Shown here: positions 9,895 through 19,710 of the stretch, piece after piece
How the letters are laid out: every line of letters begins with the position of its first letter
Numbering within the stretch: the stretch's first letter is position 1
Assembly (NCBI GenBank): GCA_051960375.1
Contig: JBQCEI010000648.1
Span: 1 to 56,925 of the forward strand
Length of the DNA: 56,925 nt
Reading direction: 5' to 3'
DNA from: Aureliella sp.
GTDB lineage: Bacteria; Planctomycetota; Planctomycetia; Pirellulales; Pirellulaceae
Notes under the pieces: generated by a model
Database searches by the model: none
Seen by the model: only the letters and a program-made list of their open reading frames with translations
Told to the model about the DNA's origin: nothing
Position numbers and translations under genes: made by a program

Positions 9895-11493
9895 TCACCG
9901 AAAGCCGCTGCTTTTCTTGAGAGTGCTGGAGCGGACATCGTTGCTCTCAAGTCGCTGCTTTAATCTCGACTCCACTTCGGAAAGCGCTATGTCAGGCCGC
10001 TCTTCGCGTAGCTGCTCGACAACGCAGAGGATGCGCATGAGCAATTGCTGTTCGTAATTCGGACCGTGTGCGGCAATCTCACGATCGAAGAGATGATTAT
10101 GCGTTGAGTTTCCGCTTGTCGCGATGTCATGAAGCTGTACCACACACTCTAAGAGCTTGGGGTCTTCCTGGTTGGACGTGAGCGCAACATATGACAATGA
10201 GGACGCAAGCGCCGCGATGGCATCGAGCCGTTGAGTCTTTGCTTCGAGTTCTGCCTTGACGGCTGAGTTTGCACGCAATTCCGCGTCGCGAGAGAACTTG
10301 GCGCTTAATGCCATTGAGGCAACATTGGCGATGCCTGCCGCGAAAAGAATTGCGCCGGCGACCGCCACACGGGTATGCCTTTTGAGAAACTTGTGTGCGA
10401 GATATATCCTTGACTTGGGCTTAGCTAATACCGGTTGATCATTTAGAAAGCGCTCAAGATCCGACCGCAGCATCTCAACGCTCTGATACCGACAGTGAGC
10501 GTCTTTCTCGAGACACTTGAGGATGATCCAGTCAAGCTCATTGGCAATTCTGCGACAGCTCTTCGGCCAGTCAAGTGCGTTGCTGCTCGGCAAGGGAGTG
10601 CTCGGAATTTCACGACGCAGGACGATACTGGGTTTGATGGGCAACTCATGCAACACAGCTTGAAAAACTTCAACCCAACACTCGGCCTGGTCGGCCTGCA
10701 ACGAAAAGGGAGGGGTACCGCAGACAAGCTCGTAAAGTACGCAACCCAGTGCGTAGACGTCCGTACGAACGTCCACTTCTTCGGAACCCCTAATTTGTTC
10801 CGGCGACATGTATGCAGGGCTCCCTAACGCCGTCCCACTGCGCGTCTTAGCAAGCATCTCGCCGAAGTCGGACCACGGCATGGATTTTGCCAAACCGAAA
10901 TCGATCACCTTGGGGATCAGCTCGCCCGCTTCTTCCACAACGAGGATATTGGAGGGTTTGAGGTCACGATGAATGATCCCTCTTTGATGAGCATGTTCCA
11001 CCGCGCGGCAAACTTTCGTGAAAAGCAAAAGTTGATCGCACAGATCTAGCAACTTCTCCTTGCAAATGTCAGTTAATTGAGAGCCATTGACAAACTCCAT
11101 CACAATGTATGGAGTTCTATTCGCATTGAAGCCGCCATCGTAAACATTCGCGATGTATGAGTGATTCATCAATGCGAGTGCTTGATGCTCAAATGCGAAT
11201 CGTGTGATCCCGATTTGGGAGAGGGCATGAGCTCTAAGGAGTTTAATCGCAACTTGGCGCTTCACTGGCACGAGTTGTTCAGCGTTCCATACCTCGCCAA
11301 CTCCGCCGCAGCCTAAGTGGTTTCTAAGAAGATACTTGCCATCGATCACCGTGCCTATTTGGTGGTCGCGTACACCGAATGAGAAGTCATCATTCTTGCA
11401 TTCGTCAGGACAGATTGAGCGAGTTTGCCCGGGATCAAATGCTCCAAGGTAATTCTTCGACTGTGACTCGTCCATGTGTTGTCGTGCCATCAT
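9895..11493 (-). CDS. Hanks-type Ser/Thr protein kinase
   Basis: GCGGVGEV, VAIK, HRDLKPSN, DFG, YMSPEQ, DVYALG; TM segment after kinase domain. Confidence 0.9.
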   Translation of the reverse strand: MMARQHMDESQSKNYLGAFDPGQTRSICPDECKNDDFSFGVRDHQIGTVIDGKYLLRNHLGCGGVGEVWNAEQLVPVKRQVAIKLLRAHALSQIGITRFAFEHQALALMNHSYIANVYDGGFNANRTPYIVMEFVNGSQLTDICKEKLLDLCDQLLLFTKVCRAVEHAHQRGIIHRDLKPSNILVVEEAGELIPKVIDFGLAKSMPWSDFGEMLAKTRSGTALGSPAYMSPEQIRGSEEVDVRTDVYALGCVLYELVCGTPPFSLQADQAECWVEVFQAVLHELPIKPSIVLRREIPSTPLPSSNALDWPKSCRRIANELDWIILKCLEKDAHCRYQSVEMLRSDLERFLNDQPVLAKPKSRIYLAHKFLKRHTRVAVAGAILFAAGIANVASMALSAKFSRDAELRANSAVKAELEAKTQRLDAIAALASSLSYVALTSNQEDPKLLECVVQLHDIATSGNSTHNHLFDREIAAHGPNYEQQLLMRILCVVEQLREERPDIALSEVESRLKQRLESNDVRSSTLKKSSGFR

Positions 11494-11666
11494 CTGGTCC
11501 TTCTACATGCCTCATCATCTCTGACTGATGTTCTACGCCGCAATTAAAAACTGCGGCCGGCAAGGTGACGCCGAGTCCTTCGACAGTCACCGCAGCCTAA
11601 AGAGTCGCAGAGATGTTCTTCGCCTCTTTCGCCTAGTCGTACTGTGTCATCAAGCCGGAGTTCCGC

Positions 11667-12182
11667 TCAGTGTGTATGGTCGCCATGAGCTTCTTCCTCG
11701 AAGTCCCCGGCGTACGGAGTGCCGTCGACTTCTCCGCTGATCGTACCGGCGAACTCTTGGACGACTCCAAGGTTCTCATGCGTGCCGACGAACCGCGAAG
11801 CTCCTTCGGTTTCGCCCTCCTGGGGCGCAGGCATCAGTTCCACTTGGAACGACGGCTCTTTGATGGTCAGCAACAGTTTGTCGGCTTTGACTGGAGCCGG
11901 CGTCTTTTCATCGCTGCCCAAAATGTAGACGGTAGCTTCTTTTTTGTCGTGGTCGACCGTGAACTCGACGTGGTATTTGCCGCCGCCCCAGTCGACAACC
12001 GCTCCGTCGTGAGGTCCCGCGCCGTGGCCGCCATGCGGGTGACCATGCTCGGCCTCGGACGTTGCTGCGGCAGGAACTGGTGCTGCTTTTTCGGCAGGCG
12101 GATTGGCCGGCTGGTTGCAACCTAGAAAGCTGGCCAGCGATAGGCCCAAAGCAGCTACGGAAAACGCAACACTCTTCTTCAT
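11667..12182 (-). CDS. His-rich lipoprotein, RND accessory
   Basis: ATG after GAGGAG; lipobox FLGC; HGAGPHDG...YHVE; paralog of 5053-5604. Confidence 0.85.
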   Translation of the reverse strand: MKKSVAFSVAALGLSLASFLGCNQPANPPAEKAAPVPAAATSEAEHGHPHGGHGAGPHDGAVVDWGGGKYHVEFTVDHDKKEATVYILGSDEKTPAPVKADKLLLTIKEPSFQVELMPAPQEGETEGASRFVGTHENLGVVQEFAGTISGEVDGTPYAGDFEEEAHGDHTH

Positions 12183-12278
12183 TTCGATTTCTCCTCGAAG
12201 TATTGCCAAAACGCTCGACTTCGTGCGGCCGAGCTCTCCTCTCAAACAGCCAGCAACGTGCTGGCCTGCATGCATCGG

Positions 12279-15200
12279 CTAATCCAGCGACTCGGCTGCG
12301 TCTTCCCCTGAGGCCAAGCGCGCGGCGTCGCGACCGCTGAAATTCCAAAACAATCCCGGGTGGATCAAGAATTCACAAAATGTCGATGTCACCAAACCGC
12401 CTAGAATGACTGTGGCCACGGGGTACAAAATCTCACGCCCGGGCTCTTGGCCTCCGACCACCAGCGGCACTAGGCCAATGCCAGCAGTTAAAGCGGTCAT
12501 CAGCACGGGAGCCAAACGTTCCAGGCTCCCACGCAGTACCATCTCCTGAGTAAACTGTTCGCCTTCCTCCTTCATTAAGTGGAAGTAGTGCGTTACCAAC
12601 AGGATGCCGTTGCGAACTGCGATGCCGCCGAGCGATATGAAGCCGACGAGGCTGGCCACGGTCAAGGATTGCTGCGTTAGCACCAGCGCGAACACTCCAC
12701 CGATGAAGGCAGTGGGGAGCGCGTTGAGAATCTGAAGCGCAATGCGCACCGACGGATACAGAATCATCAAAACGACAAACATGCCGACGACCGAAACGGC
12801 GGCCAGGACCGCGATCAGATTGGTGGCTCGCTGTTGGCTCTCGAACTGACCGCCGTACTCGATGAAATAGCCTTCGGGCAGCGCGACTTGCTCGCCGACG
12901 CGTTGCTGCATCTCTGCGACAGCGCTGGCCAAGTCCCGGCCCTGCGTGTTGCAGCGAATGACCATCCGTCTTCGGGCATTCTCGCGGTTCACGGCATTCG
13001 GCCCGGTGCCGCTGCCAATATCGGCCAGTTCGCTCAGCTCGATCTGTCCGCGACTGCCCGGCATATCGATTCGCAGCCGACCGAGGTTGGCATAGTCGGT
13101 TCGGTAGGCTTCCTCCAGGCGCAGCAGCAGATCGAATCGGCGCTGCCCCTCGAGAACCTGCGATACCACGTCGCCCTGCAAGGCGGTTTGCAGAACTTGA
13201 GCGACATAGGCTCGAGTCAGGCCGTAGAAAGCCAGATCGTCTGGCCGCAAACGGATATGAAGCTCCTCGGTCTCGCGGATCGGTTCGATTACCGGAGGCG
13301 TCACGCCGGGTATCGATTGGAGAGTCTGCTTCACCTGCTCGGAGAGTTGTTGGAGCTTATCGATGTCGTCGCCATGGATCTTGACGGCGATTTGCGCGTA
13401 GACCCCTGAGAGCATGTGGCTGATCAAGTGCGCCAGTGGCTGCTCAACTTCGATGTCGACGCCGGGGACTTCTTCGCGCAGTTCCTTGAGCAGATCGCGA
13501 ATGGTTTCCTCGCGATGCCGGCCACTTTCAGGATTCATGCTTAGGATGTACTCACCGGCATTGACCGGCGCGGCATGTTCGTCCATTTCCGCTCGGCCAG
13601 TTCGGCGGACGAAATACAGGATCTCGCCGCGCGGATTGTCGCTCGATTTTTGCATGGCTTGGAGCTTTTGATCGATCAGGCCGGACGCCTGATTCGACGC
13701 ATCGAGCGACGAACCCGGCGGCAAGGTAACGTTGACCAAGACGCTGCCCTCGTCGAACTGGGGAAGGAAGTTCCGACCAAGCATCGACAACTGCCAACCG
13801 GCCACGCCGACCATCACCCAAGTCAGCGTCAGAAGTAGCACCGGATAAGCCATGCTGAAGCGGACAAGCACGCTGGCCATGCACTTGAGCGTTCGTAAGA
13901 GCAAGCCCTCTTCTTCTCGGTGAGTGGCTTTCGACTTAGGTAATAAGTAATAGGACAGAACTGGCGTGACGGTCAGGGAAACCAGCAGCGAAGCCAAGAT
14001 CGACACGATGTAGGCCACTCCCAGTGGAGCGAACAAGCGTCCTTCGACGCCCGACAATGCAAAGAGTGGCAGGAACACTAGGATGACCACCGCCGTGCCG
14101 AAGACGATCGCACTGCGAATCTCGACACTTGCCCGGTAGATGACCTTCAGCGCTGGCTCGGGATTGGCTGAGACGTTGTTCTCGCGCAACCTGCGAAAAA
14201 TGTTTTCTACGTCGACGATGGCATCGTCGACGAGTTCCCCCATCGCCACGGCGATGCCGCCGAGGGTCATGACGTTGATGGAGAGATGCGTGCCGGTCAG
14301 GTAACTGATTAGGCGGAAAACCAGCGTCGTGATCACCAACGACAGCGGAATGGCAGTCAGCGTGATGAACGTCGTGCGGAAGTTAAGTAGAAACAAAAAC
14401 AGGATGATCGAAACGAGCACCGCACCGATTACCAGGGCCTCGCCGACGTTGAAGATGCCGCGGTCGATGAAGTTCTTCAGCCGGAAGAGCTCGGAGTTGA
14501 TGACGACATCGGCTGGCAGCGACTCCTCGGCCTCGCGAAAAGCAGCTTCCAGGCGGTCAGTGATGTCGCGCGTATCGATGTGCGGTTGCTTGACAACGGT
14601 GAAGACTACGGCCGGTCGGCCATTGATGCTGCCGTCGCCACGCTTGAACTGCGGACCTTCGACGACTTGAGCTACCTGCCCTAGGAGCACGGGGCGGGAT
14701 ACATTCGACTTGATCGGCACGTTCTTCAGCTCTTCGATGACATGCTTGGGATCGGGGCCCAGACGCCCTAAGATACGGATGGGACGCTCAGTTTCGCCCG
14801 AGACCGCAAAGCCACCGCTCGTGTTGATGTTGCTTTCTTTGAGAGCTTGCTCGACCTGCTGAAGCGACACATCGAACTCGAGCAGTGCCGCCGGATCAGC
14901 GAGTACCTGGTACTGCTTGCGATCGCCGCCTTGCAAGAACACTTCAGCCACGCCGGTGACTTTGAGGACTCTTGGTCGAACGACCCAATCAGCCAAAGTT
15001 CGAAGCTCCATCCGCTGGGCTTCCGCGCTCAGCAGCTCGATCTCATGCCGGTGACCAGCTACGACGAGTGCAACCGGCTGGTTGCGGTCCAGCAGAGTGG
15101 ACGCTTGGGACAATAACCGGGAATCTTCGATCGTGAATTTGACCGGTTTCCAAGTGCTCGGATCGTGGCGATCGACGGGCTTCCATACGGCCAGCTTCGG

Positions 15201-15722
15201 CGGTGCGTCGGCCGTGTTAGTGAGCTCGGCCAAGTATCCCGTCTTGCCGACCGGATACAACTCGCCGCCACCAGGACCGGACTGACGATAGAGGCCCGCG
15301 ATCACGATCTGCCCCATAATCGACGCTGGCGGAGTCATCTGCGGCCGAATGCCTTCGGGCAGTATGCCGGCTAGCGTGGCCAGACGTTCTTGCACCGTTT
15401 GTCGCGCTGCGCGAATTTCGGTTGTCCAATCGAATTCGATATAGATGACGTTGAGGCCAGCCGTTGATTGACTGCGCACGGCCTGAACGCCGCTCGCACC
15501 CAGCAAGGCGATTTCGATCGGCTGCGTAACGAGCGTTTCTACTTCCTCGGTGGCCAAGCCCGGGCACTCAGTCAGGATGACAACTCGCGGCCGGTCCAAA
15601 TCGGGAAACACATCGATCGGCAGCGTCGAGGCCAAATAGGTGCCATAGCCCATCAGGGCCAGGCTCATGACCACGATTAACAGGCGATATCGCAGGGAAA
15701 AGCGAATCACTGCATTGAGCAT
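12279..15722 (-). CDS. CusA/CzcA-family heavy-metal RND efflux permease (second paralog)
   Basis: MLNAVIRF start, PIDVFPDL, GELVDDAIVDVENI, RNGILL, ERLAPVLMTAL. Confidence 0.95.
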   Translation of the reverse strand: MLNAVIRFSLRYRLLIVVMSLALMGYGTYLASTLPIDVFPDLDRPRVVILTECPGLATEEVETLVTQPIEIALLGASGVQAVRSQSTAGLNVIYIEFDWTTEIRAARQTVQERLATLAGILPEGIRPQMTPPASIMGQIVIAGLYRQSGPGGGELYPVGKTGYLAELTNTADAPPKLAVWKPVDRHDPSTWKPVKFTIEDSRLLSQASTLLDRNQPVALVVAGHRHEIELLSAEAQRMELRTLADWVVRPRVLKVTGVAEVFLQGGDRKQYQVLADPAALLEFDVSLQQVEQALKESNINTSGGFAVSGETERPIRILGRLGPDPKHVIEELKNVPIKSNVSRPVLLGQVAQVVEGPQFKRGDGSINGRPAVVFTVVKQPHIDTRDITDRLEAAFREAEESLPADVVINSELFRLKNFIDRGIFNVGEALVIGAVLVSIILFLFLLNFRTTFITLTAIPLSLVITTLVFRLISYLTGTHLSINVMTLGGIAVAMGELVDDAIVDVENIFRRLRENNVSANPEPALKVIYRASVEIRSAIVFGTAVVILVFLPLFALSGVEGRLFAPLGVAYIVSILASLLVSLTVTPVLSYYLLPKSKATHREEEGLLLRTLKCMASVLVRFSMAYPVLLLTLTWVMVGVAGWQLSMLGRNFLPQFDEGSVLVNVTLPPGSSLDASNQASGLIDQKLQAMQKSSDNPRGEILYFVRRTGRAEMDEHAAPVNAGEYILSMNPESGRHREETIRDLLKELREEVPGVDIEVEQPLAHLISHMLSGVYAQIAVKIHGDDIDKLQQLSEQVKQTLQSIPGVTPPVIEPIRETEELHIRLRPDDLAFYGLTRAYVAQVLQTALQGDVVSQVLEGQRRFDLLLRLEEAYRTDYANLGRLRIDMPGSRGQIELSELADIGSGTGPNAVNRENARRRMVIRCNTQGRDLASAVAEMQQRVGEQVALPEGYFIEYGGQFESQQRATNLIAVLAAVSVVGMFVVLMILYPSVRIALQILNALPTAFIGGVFALVLTQQSLTVASLVGFISLGGIAVRNGILLVTHYFHLMKEEGEQFTQEMVLRGSLERLAPVLMTALTAGIGLVPLVVGGQEPGREILYPVATVILGGLVTSTFCEFLIHPGLFWNFSGRDAARLASGEDAAESLD

Positions 15723-15734
15723 TGGCAAACCTTC

Positions 15735-17132
15735 TTAATGAGCAGCGTGCACCGTGCCGTCGGCGTGAACGTGAACATCGGCGCGAACTCCGCTGGCCGC
15801 TTGTGCCTTGAGCACGCGGTTCAGTGAAGCGGCTGAATTCTGTGCGAGGTACAATCCCGGCGTAATACTGCCATCGTTGGCGATGACCACGTTTAAGCGG
15901 TCCTCATAGAGGAGATGGACGGGCAGGCGATTGAAGAGATCTCCGTTTTGCTGGAACACATAGGCCTCCGGACCTTCCCGAACGACCGCCGCAGACGGTA
16001 GCACAATCACGTCCTGAAGTTCCTCAACAGGGACATGCAGGCGTACGCGCTGGCCAGGACGAAATCGCCACACGACGAATGTCTCGCCATCTTGGGTGTA
16101 GGCTTGCGACTGGTTCTCTAAAGGGACAAAGAAGGAAAAAGTTCGGCTGAGCGGATCGATGGTGTTGGCCAAGTGACGGATGGTCAGCGGCCCAACTTGA
16201 GCCGGCCATTTTTCACGATTGTCCTCCGTAAACTCGACGTTCACTTCCGTTGCATTCTGTGCGGCTTGTGCGAGCAGTGTTGCTTCTTTTTTGAAGGCGT
16301 GACCTTCGATGTACAGCTCGCGATGATTGGCAAGGGTTGCGAGCAGCTGGCCTGCTTGTACCTGCTGCCCCAGTTCAACGCTCAGCTCTTGTACTTCGTA
16401 TTCGCTTACGTACGTGCTCGCGGGGCCCGTTGAAGTCAGTGTCGTTTCTCGCTTGACGGCGCTTTGTGAAAAAGCCGGCGCTGCGATTTGGATCGTCGAG
16501 ACAAACCGTCCGTCGGCCACTGCGGCGATTTGTTCCTGGCTTAGTCCTCGCGTGAGCAGGTCCTGCTGATAGCTCTGGATGAGAGCCGCTTGCCGGCGTG
16601 CTTGGTTGTCGAGCTCGATCAGGCGAGATTCGGATATGGCCCCGTTGCGAGCCGCGCCTTGCAAGCGCGTTCGCTGCTCGGCAATAAGTTCCGATTCGCG
16701 GTGCGCCTTGAACAGCTCGGTCTGGGTATTCTGCAGATACTCGCTGAACGGACGAAGCATGAAAAGCGCCTTGCCCGGCTGTACCGTGTCGCCTGGATAG
16801 GCATGGATCTCAGTGACCACACCGACCGTCGGCGACGTCACGCCTCGATCGGAAATGCCCGGACGATCCGTTATCACCCCAGGAATCTGAACTGTCCGCC
16901 AGTACGTCTGTGGCTTGGCAGGTTTGGATACCAAACCTAAATTCTTGCGAGCCTGCGGCGTGAGCTTGAGAACTTTTGCGCCTTCAATCGGCGGAGAAGC
17001 CTTTTCACTGGCCGCGTCTGCCGAAGTCCCGACCAAAAGCTTTCCCCAATGCTCTCGCGTTTGAAAGGCTGCCCAACCCATCGCAACGACGGCTAGAGCA
17101 ATGAAAAGCCACTTGAAGGTGCTAGCCTTCAT
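15735..17132 (-). CDS. RND periplasmic adaptor (MFP)
   Basis: N-terminal TM anchor, lipoyl-like GDTVQPG/GQQVQAGQ halves, coiled coil, C-terminal HVHADGTVH. Confidence 0.9.
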   Translation of the reverse strand: MKASTFKWLFIALAVVAMGWAAFQTREHWGKLLVGTSADAASEKASPPIEGAKVLKLTPQARKNLGLVSKPAKPQTYWRTVQIPGVITDRPGISDRGVTSPTVGVVTEIHAYPGDTVQPGKALFMLRPFSEYLQNTQTELFKAHRESELIAEQRTRLQGAARNGAISESRLIELDNQARRQAALIQSYQQDLLTRGLSQEQIAAVADGRFVSTIQIAAPAFSQSAVKRETTLTSTGPASTYVSEYEVQELSVELGQQVQAGQLLATLANHRELYIEGHAFKKEATLLAQAAQNATEVNVEFTEDNREKWPAQVGPLTIRHLANTIDPLSRTFSFFVPLENQSQAYTQDGETFVVWRFRPGQRVRLHVPVEELQDVIVLPSAAVVREGPEAYVFQQNGDLFNRLPVHLLYEDRLNVVIANDGSITPGLYLAQNSAASLNRVLKAQAASGVRADVHVHADGTVHAAH

Positions 17133-17354
17133 GAGATCACCTGCGACGTTTGAAATCGATCGATGCGTGCTCCGGGCCACCGGGCGAAAATGCCGACAAG
17201 CTCGGTGCGTCGCGTCTTGGAAAGGAATTGAGCGAAACCAGTTGATGATGGACGCTCGAATTGCCGTTGCTCAGCAAAGTTGTGAGCAACTGTCAGCTAA
17301 AGAAAGGCCGAGTCCTCGCGGGCCATTTAAGGCCGGAGGTTGGCGCAGCTGAAA

Positions 17355-17843
17355 TCAGCAACGAATAGAGAGGTGCAGCAAATACAAGGCGCATGGCGAG
17401 CGCCCTATTTCCGGCGGTGGGCTGGAACTTTGTTGATGCGATGCGACATCCCAGAGAGTTTGATGATCGCCGCTCAGGTGCAGTGCCAGTTTTTCTTTGA
17501 CTGGCCTGGAACCGTCCAGCGCCGTAGAGCGATCGGCGCCGGGAAGCGAGCCGATGTAAAAAGCATCGGCGTCATGATCACACCGCGCATCGATCGTGGG
17601 CGCGGTCTTCTTTGCCCCACAACGAGCTGCGGTTTCGCCTGCCGAGGCACCGTGCGAATGCCAGTTCCTGCCATGGGAGTGTTGGTGCGCGGCGCCAAGA
17701 TGCACGTGCGGCCGACTCGAATGCTCGGCCGCGTCCTCGCTTCCCATGCCCGCGTGCCCATGCACGGCGCAAAGACACTGGTTGCTCAATAGCGACGCCA
17801 CTAAGGCGATAACCAGCAGCGGTGATGGGGATTTAGGAAGCAT
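17355..17843 (-). CDS. His/Cys-rich exported protein upstream of the RND operon (possible leader)
   Basis: Signal-like N-terminus, CLCAVHGH, HVHLGAAHQHSH, CDHD, C-terminal PPP...LYLLHLSIRC. Confidence 0.65.
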   Translation of the reverse strand: MLPKSPSPLLVIALVASLLSNQCLCAVHGHAGMGSEDAAEHSSRPHVHLGAAHQHSHGRNWHSHGASAGETAARCGAKKTAPTIDARCDHDADAFYIGSLPGADRSTALDGSRPVKEKLALHLSGDHQTLWDVASHQQSSSPPPEIGRSPCALYLLHLSIRC

Positions 17844-18388
17844 GTACAATCGTAGGTCGTCAAAACTAAGGAGGCAAGGAAAAGGCCTCTAACCGACCCC
17901 GCGCTGCGGATCGCAGCCGGGGGTTGCACCGAAAGTGAGCCTTGCCGCTTTTGATGATATACTGCAAAGAGCAATTGTAACAAGGCCAGCTGACAGGAGG
18001 CGATGTTTATGTCCCGCGGGCCGCTGCCCCTGCATGCCCCCGAGATTTTCAAAGGCATGACTCTGGACCAAAGAGTCTTCGGCTGTCGGAATCCACATCG
18101 CCTGAATTGCCACAGAGGAGAGGCAAGGAAGCGGTCGGAAAAGAGGGCGATACCGTTGGGCTTTGGCCGCTCGAGAAGCCCCAAACCTTCTTGAAGAATG
18201 CGGTAAAAAAACGAGCGGGGAGGGAAAGCGGGCCTCCCGTCCGCCGTTCACTCGAAGAGAGGACTTTTCGACGCTGTCGACTCGGCTACTCCTTGGCAGA
18301 TTGCGCCCCGCAGCGACTACCCCGGGGCTTCACCGAATGTTTGGACTTTGCTTAAACTTGGCCTTTCTAGCGATCCGAACGCAACGGT

Positions 18389-19666
18389 TCATTTCTTGCT
18401 GATGCTCGACAATCTCAGTGTACCGGCCGCCATGAGCGCGGCCGCGAGCCCGTAGCTGAACACAGGCGAGACGAGTGTCCAGAGCACACCTACGGCGGTG
18501 CTGGATACGAACTTCGCGACGCCGTTGACGGTTCCTAAGGCACCTAGGCTCGTGCCGAGGCTCTCTTCGGTCACCATAGCTGCGGTGATGGTCGATTCCA
18601 GCGTTTCCTGCACCGCCATGTAAATCCCTGCCATGATGAAGATGCCGTTTAAAAGCGGCAAGCTGTCAGCCTGGAAGGCGAATGCTAGTGCCGTGAGGAA
18701 GGCTGTTCCTGCCCCGAGCGAGTAGCCGGCCACGAGCACGCGCATAGGACCTACGCGGTCGGCCAGAGCCCCGACCGGGTACGAGGCGACGACTTGGACC
18801 ATGTTGCGCAAAACGTACAGCAGGCCGGCGATTTGGGCGGCCTTGATTACTCCCATCGACGGTGAGAGCAACTGCGTCGCGGCAAGAATGAGCAGGCTGT
18901 GCGAGAAATCGCCGATGCCGAACAGTCCGACTCCTTGCAGATAGCGTTTGAACGGAGCGGGAAGGCGCCGCAGTGAGGTGAGCAACCGCAACTGGGGATT
19001 GGGCGAGTGGGCGGCGTCCTTCACCAGTGTCAGGAAGGCGACCACCGCCAGGAAGCCGGGAATGACGCTCAGCCACAGCACCAGGCGAAATGGCCCAGCC
19101 GCGGCTTGCCAGTTGAGTTTCTGCGCCCAGCCGAGGAGGGCCACGCCCAGCAGTGGCCCTAGCACAGCCCCGACCGTGTCCATAGCGCGGTGGAATCCGA
19201 ATGCTCGACCACGCGTTGCGGGACTGATCGACTGGATGACGATTGCGTCCCGCAAGGGGCCGCGCAAACCCTTGCCAAACCACGAGACCGCCCGTCCCAG
19301 GAGCAGCAACGGCCAGCCTGCGGCCAGCGCGATCAGCATCTGCCCGATCGGCGTGAGCCCGTAGCCAACCAGAACCAGCAGCTTGCGATGCCCGAGCTTG
19401 TCAGCGATAAAGCCTGCCACCATCTTGGTAAAGCTGGCTACGGTGTCGGCAATCCCTTCGATGATTCCCAACACCGCGGCTGGAATGCCGAGCACAGCCA
19501 GGAAGCCAGGCAAGATGACCGTCGTCGTTTCATAGCAGAAGTCGCCCAGCGCGCTGGTGATGCCCGCGCCGATGACGGTGCGGTTCCACCAATGCTGTGC
19601 CCGCACGAGGGCGACCGGACTTTCGCCGCCCACATGAGCTGAATCGCTATCGTTATGGCTGTTCAT
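18389..19666 (-). CDS. MFS transporter
   Basis: GFIADKLGHRK and GALADRVG motif A copies; GRAFGFHRAMDTVGA; about 12 TM segments. Confidence 0.9.
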   Translation of the reverse strand: MNSHNDSDSAHVGGESPVALVRAQHWWNRTVIGAGITSALGDFCYETTTVILPGFLAVLGIPAAVLGIIEGIADTVASFTKMVAGFIADKLGHRKLLVLVGYGLTPIGQMLIALAAGWPLLLLGRAVSWFGKGLRGPLRDAIVIQSISPATRGRAFGFHRAMDTVGAVLGPLLGVALLGWAQKLNWQAAAGPFRLVLWLSVIPGFLAVVAFLTLVKDAAHSPNPQLRLLTSLRRLPAPFKRYLQGVGLFGIGDFSHSLLILAATQLLSPSMGVIKAAQIAGLLYVLRNMVQVVASYPVGALADRVGPMRVLVAGYSLGAGTAFLTALAFAFQADSLPLLNGIFIMAGIYMAVQETLESTITAAMVTEESLGTSLGALGTVNGVAKFVSSTAVGVLWTLVSPVFSYGLAAALMAAGTLRLSSISKK

Positions 19667-19710
19667 GAAGAGAGTTTCGCGCAGGTGCGGCCAACCGGCC
19701 CTTACACAGG

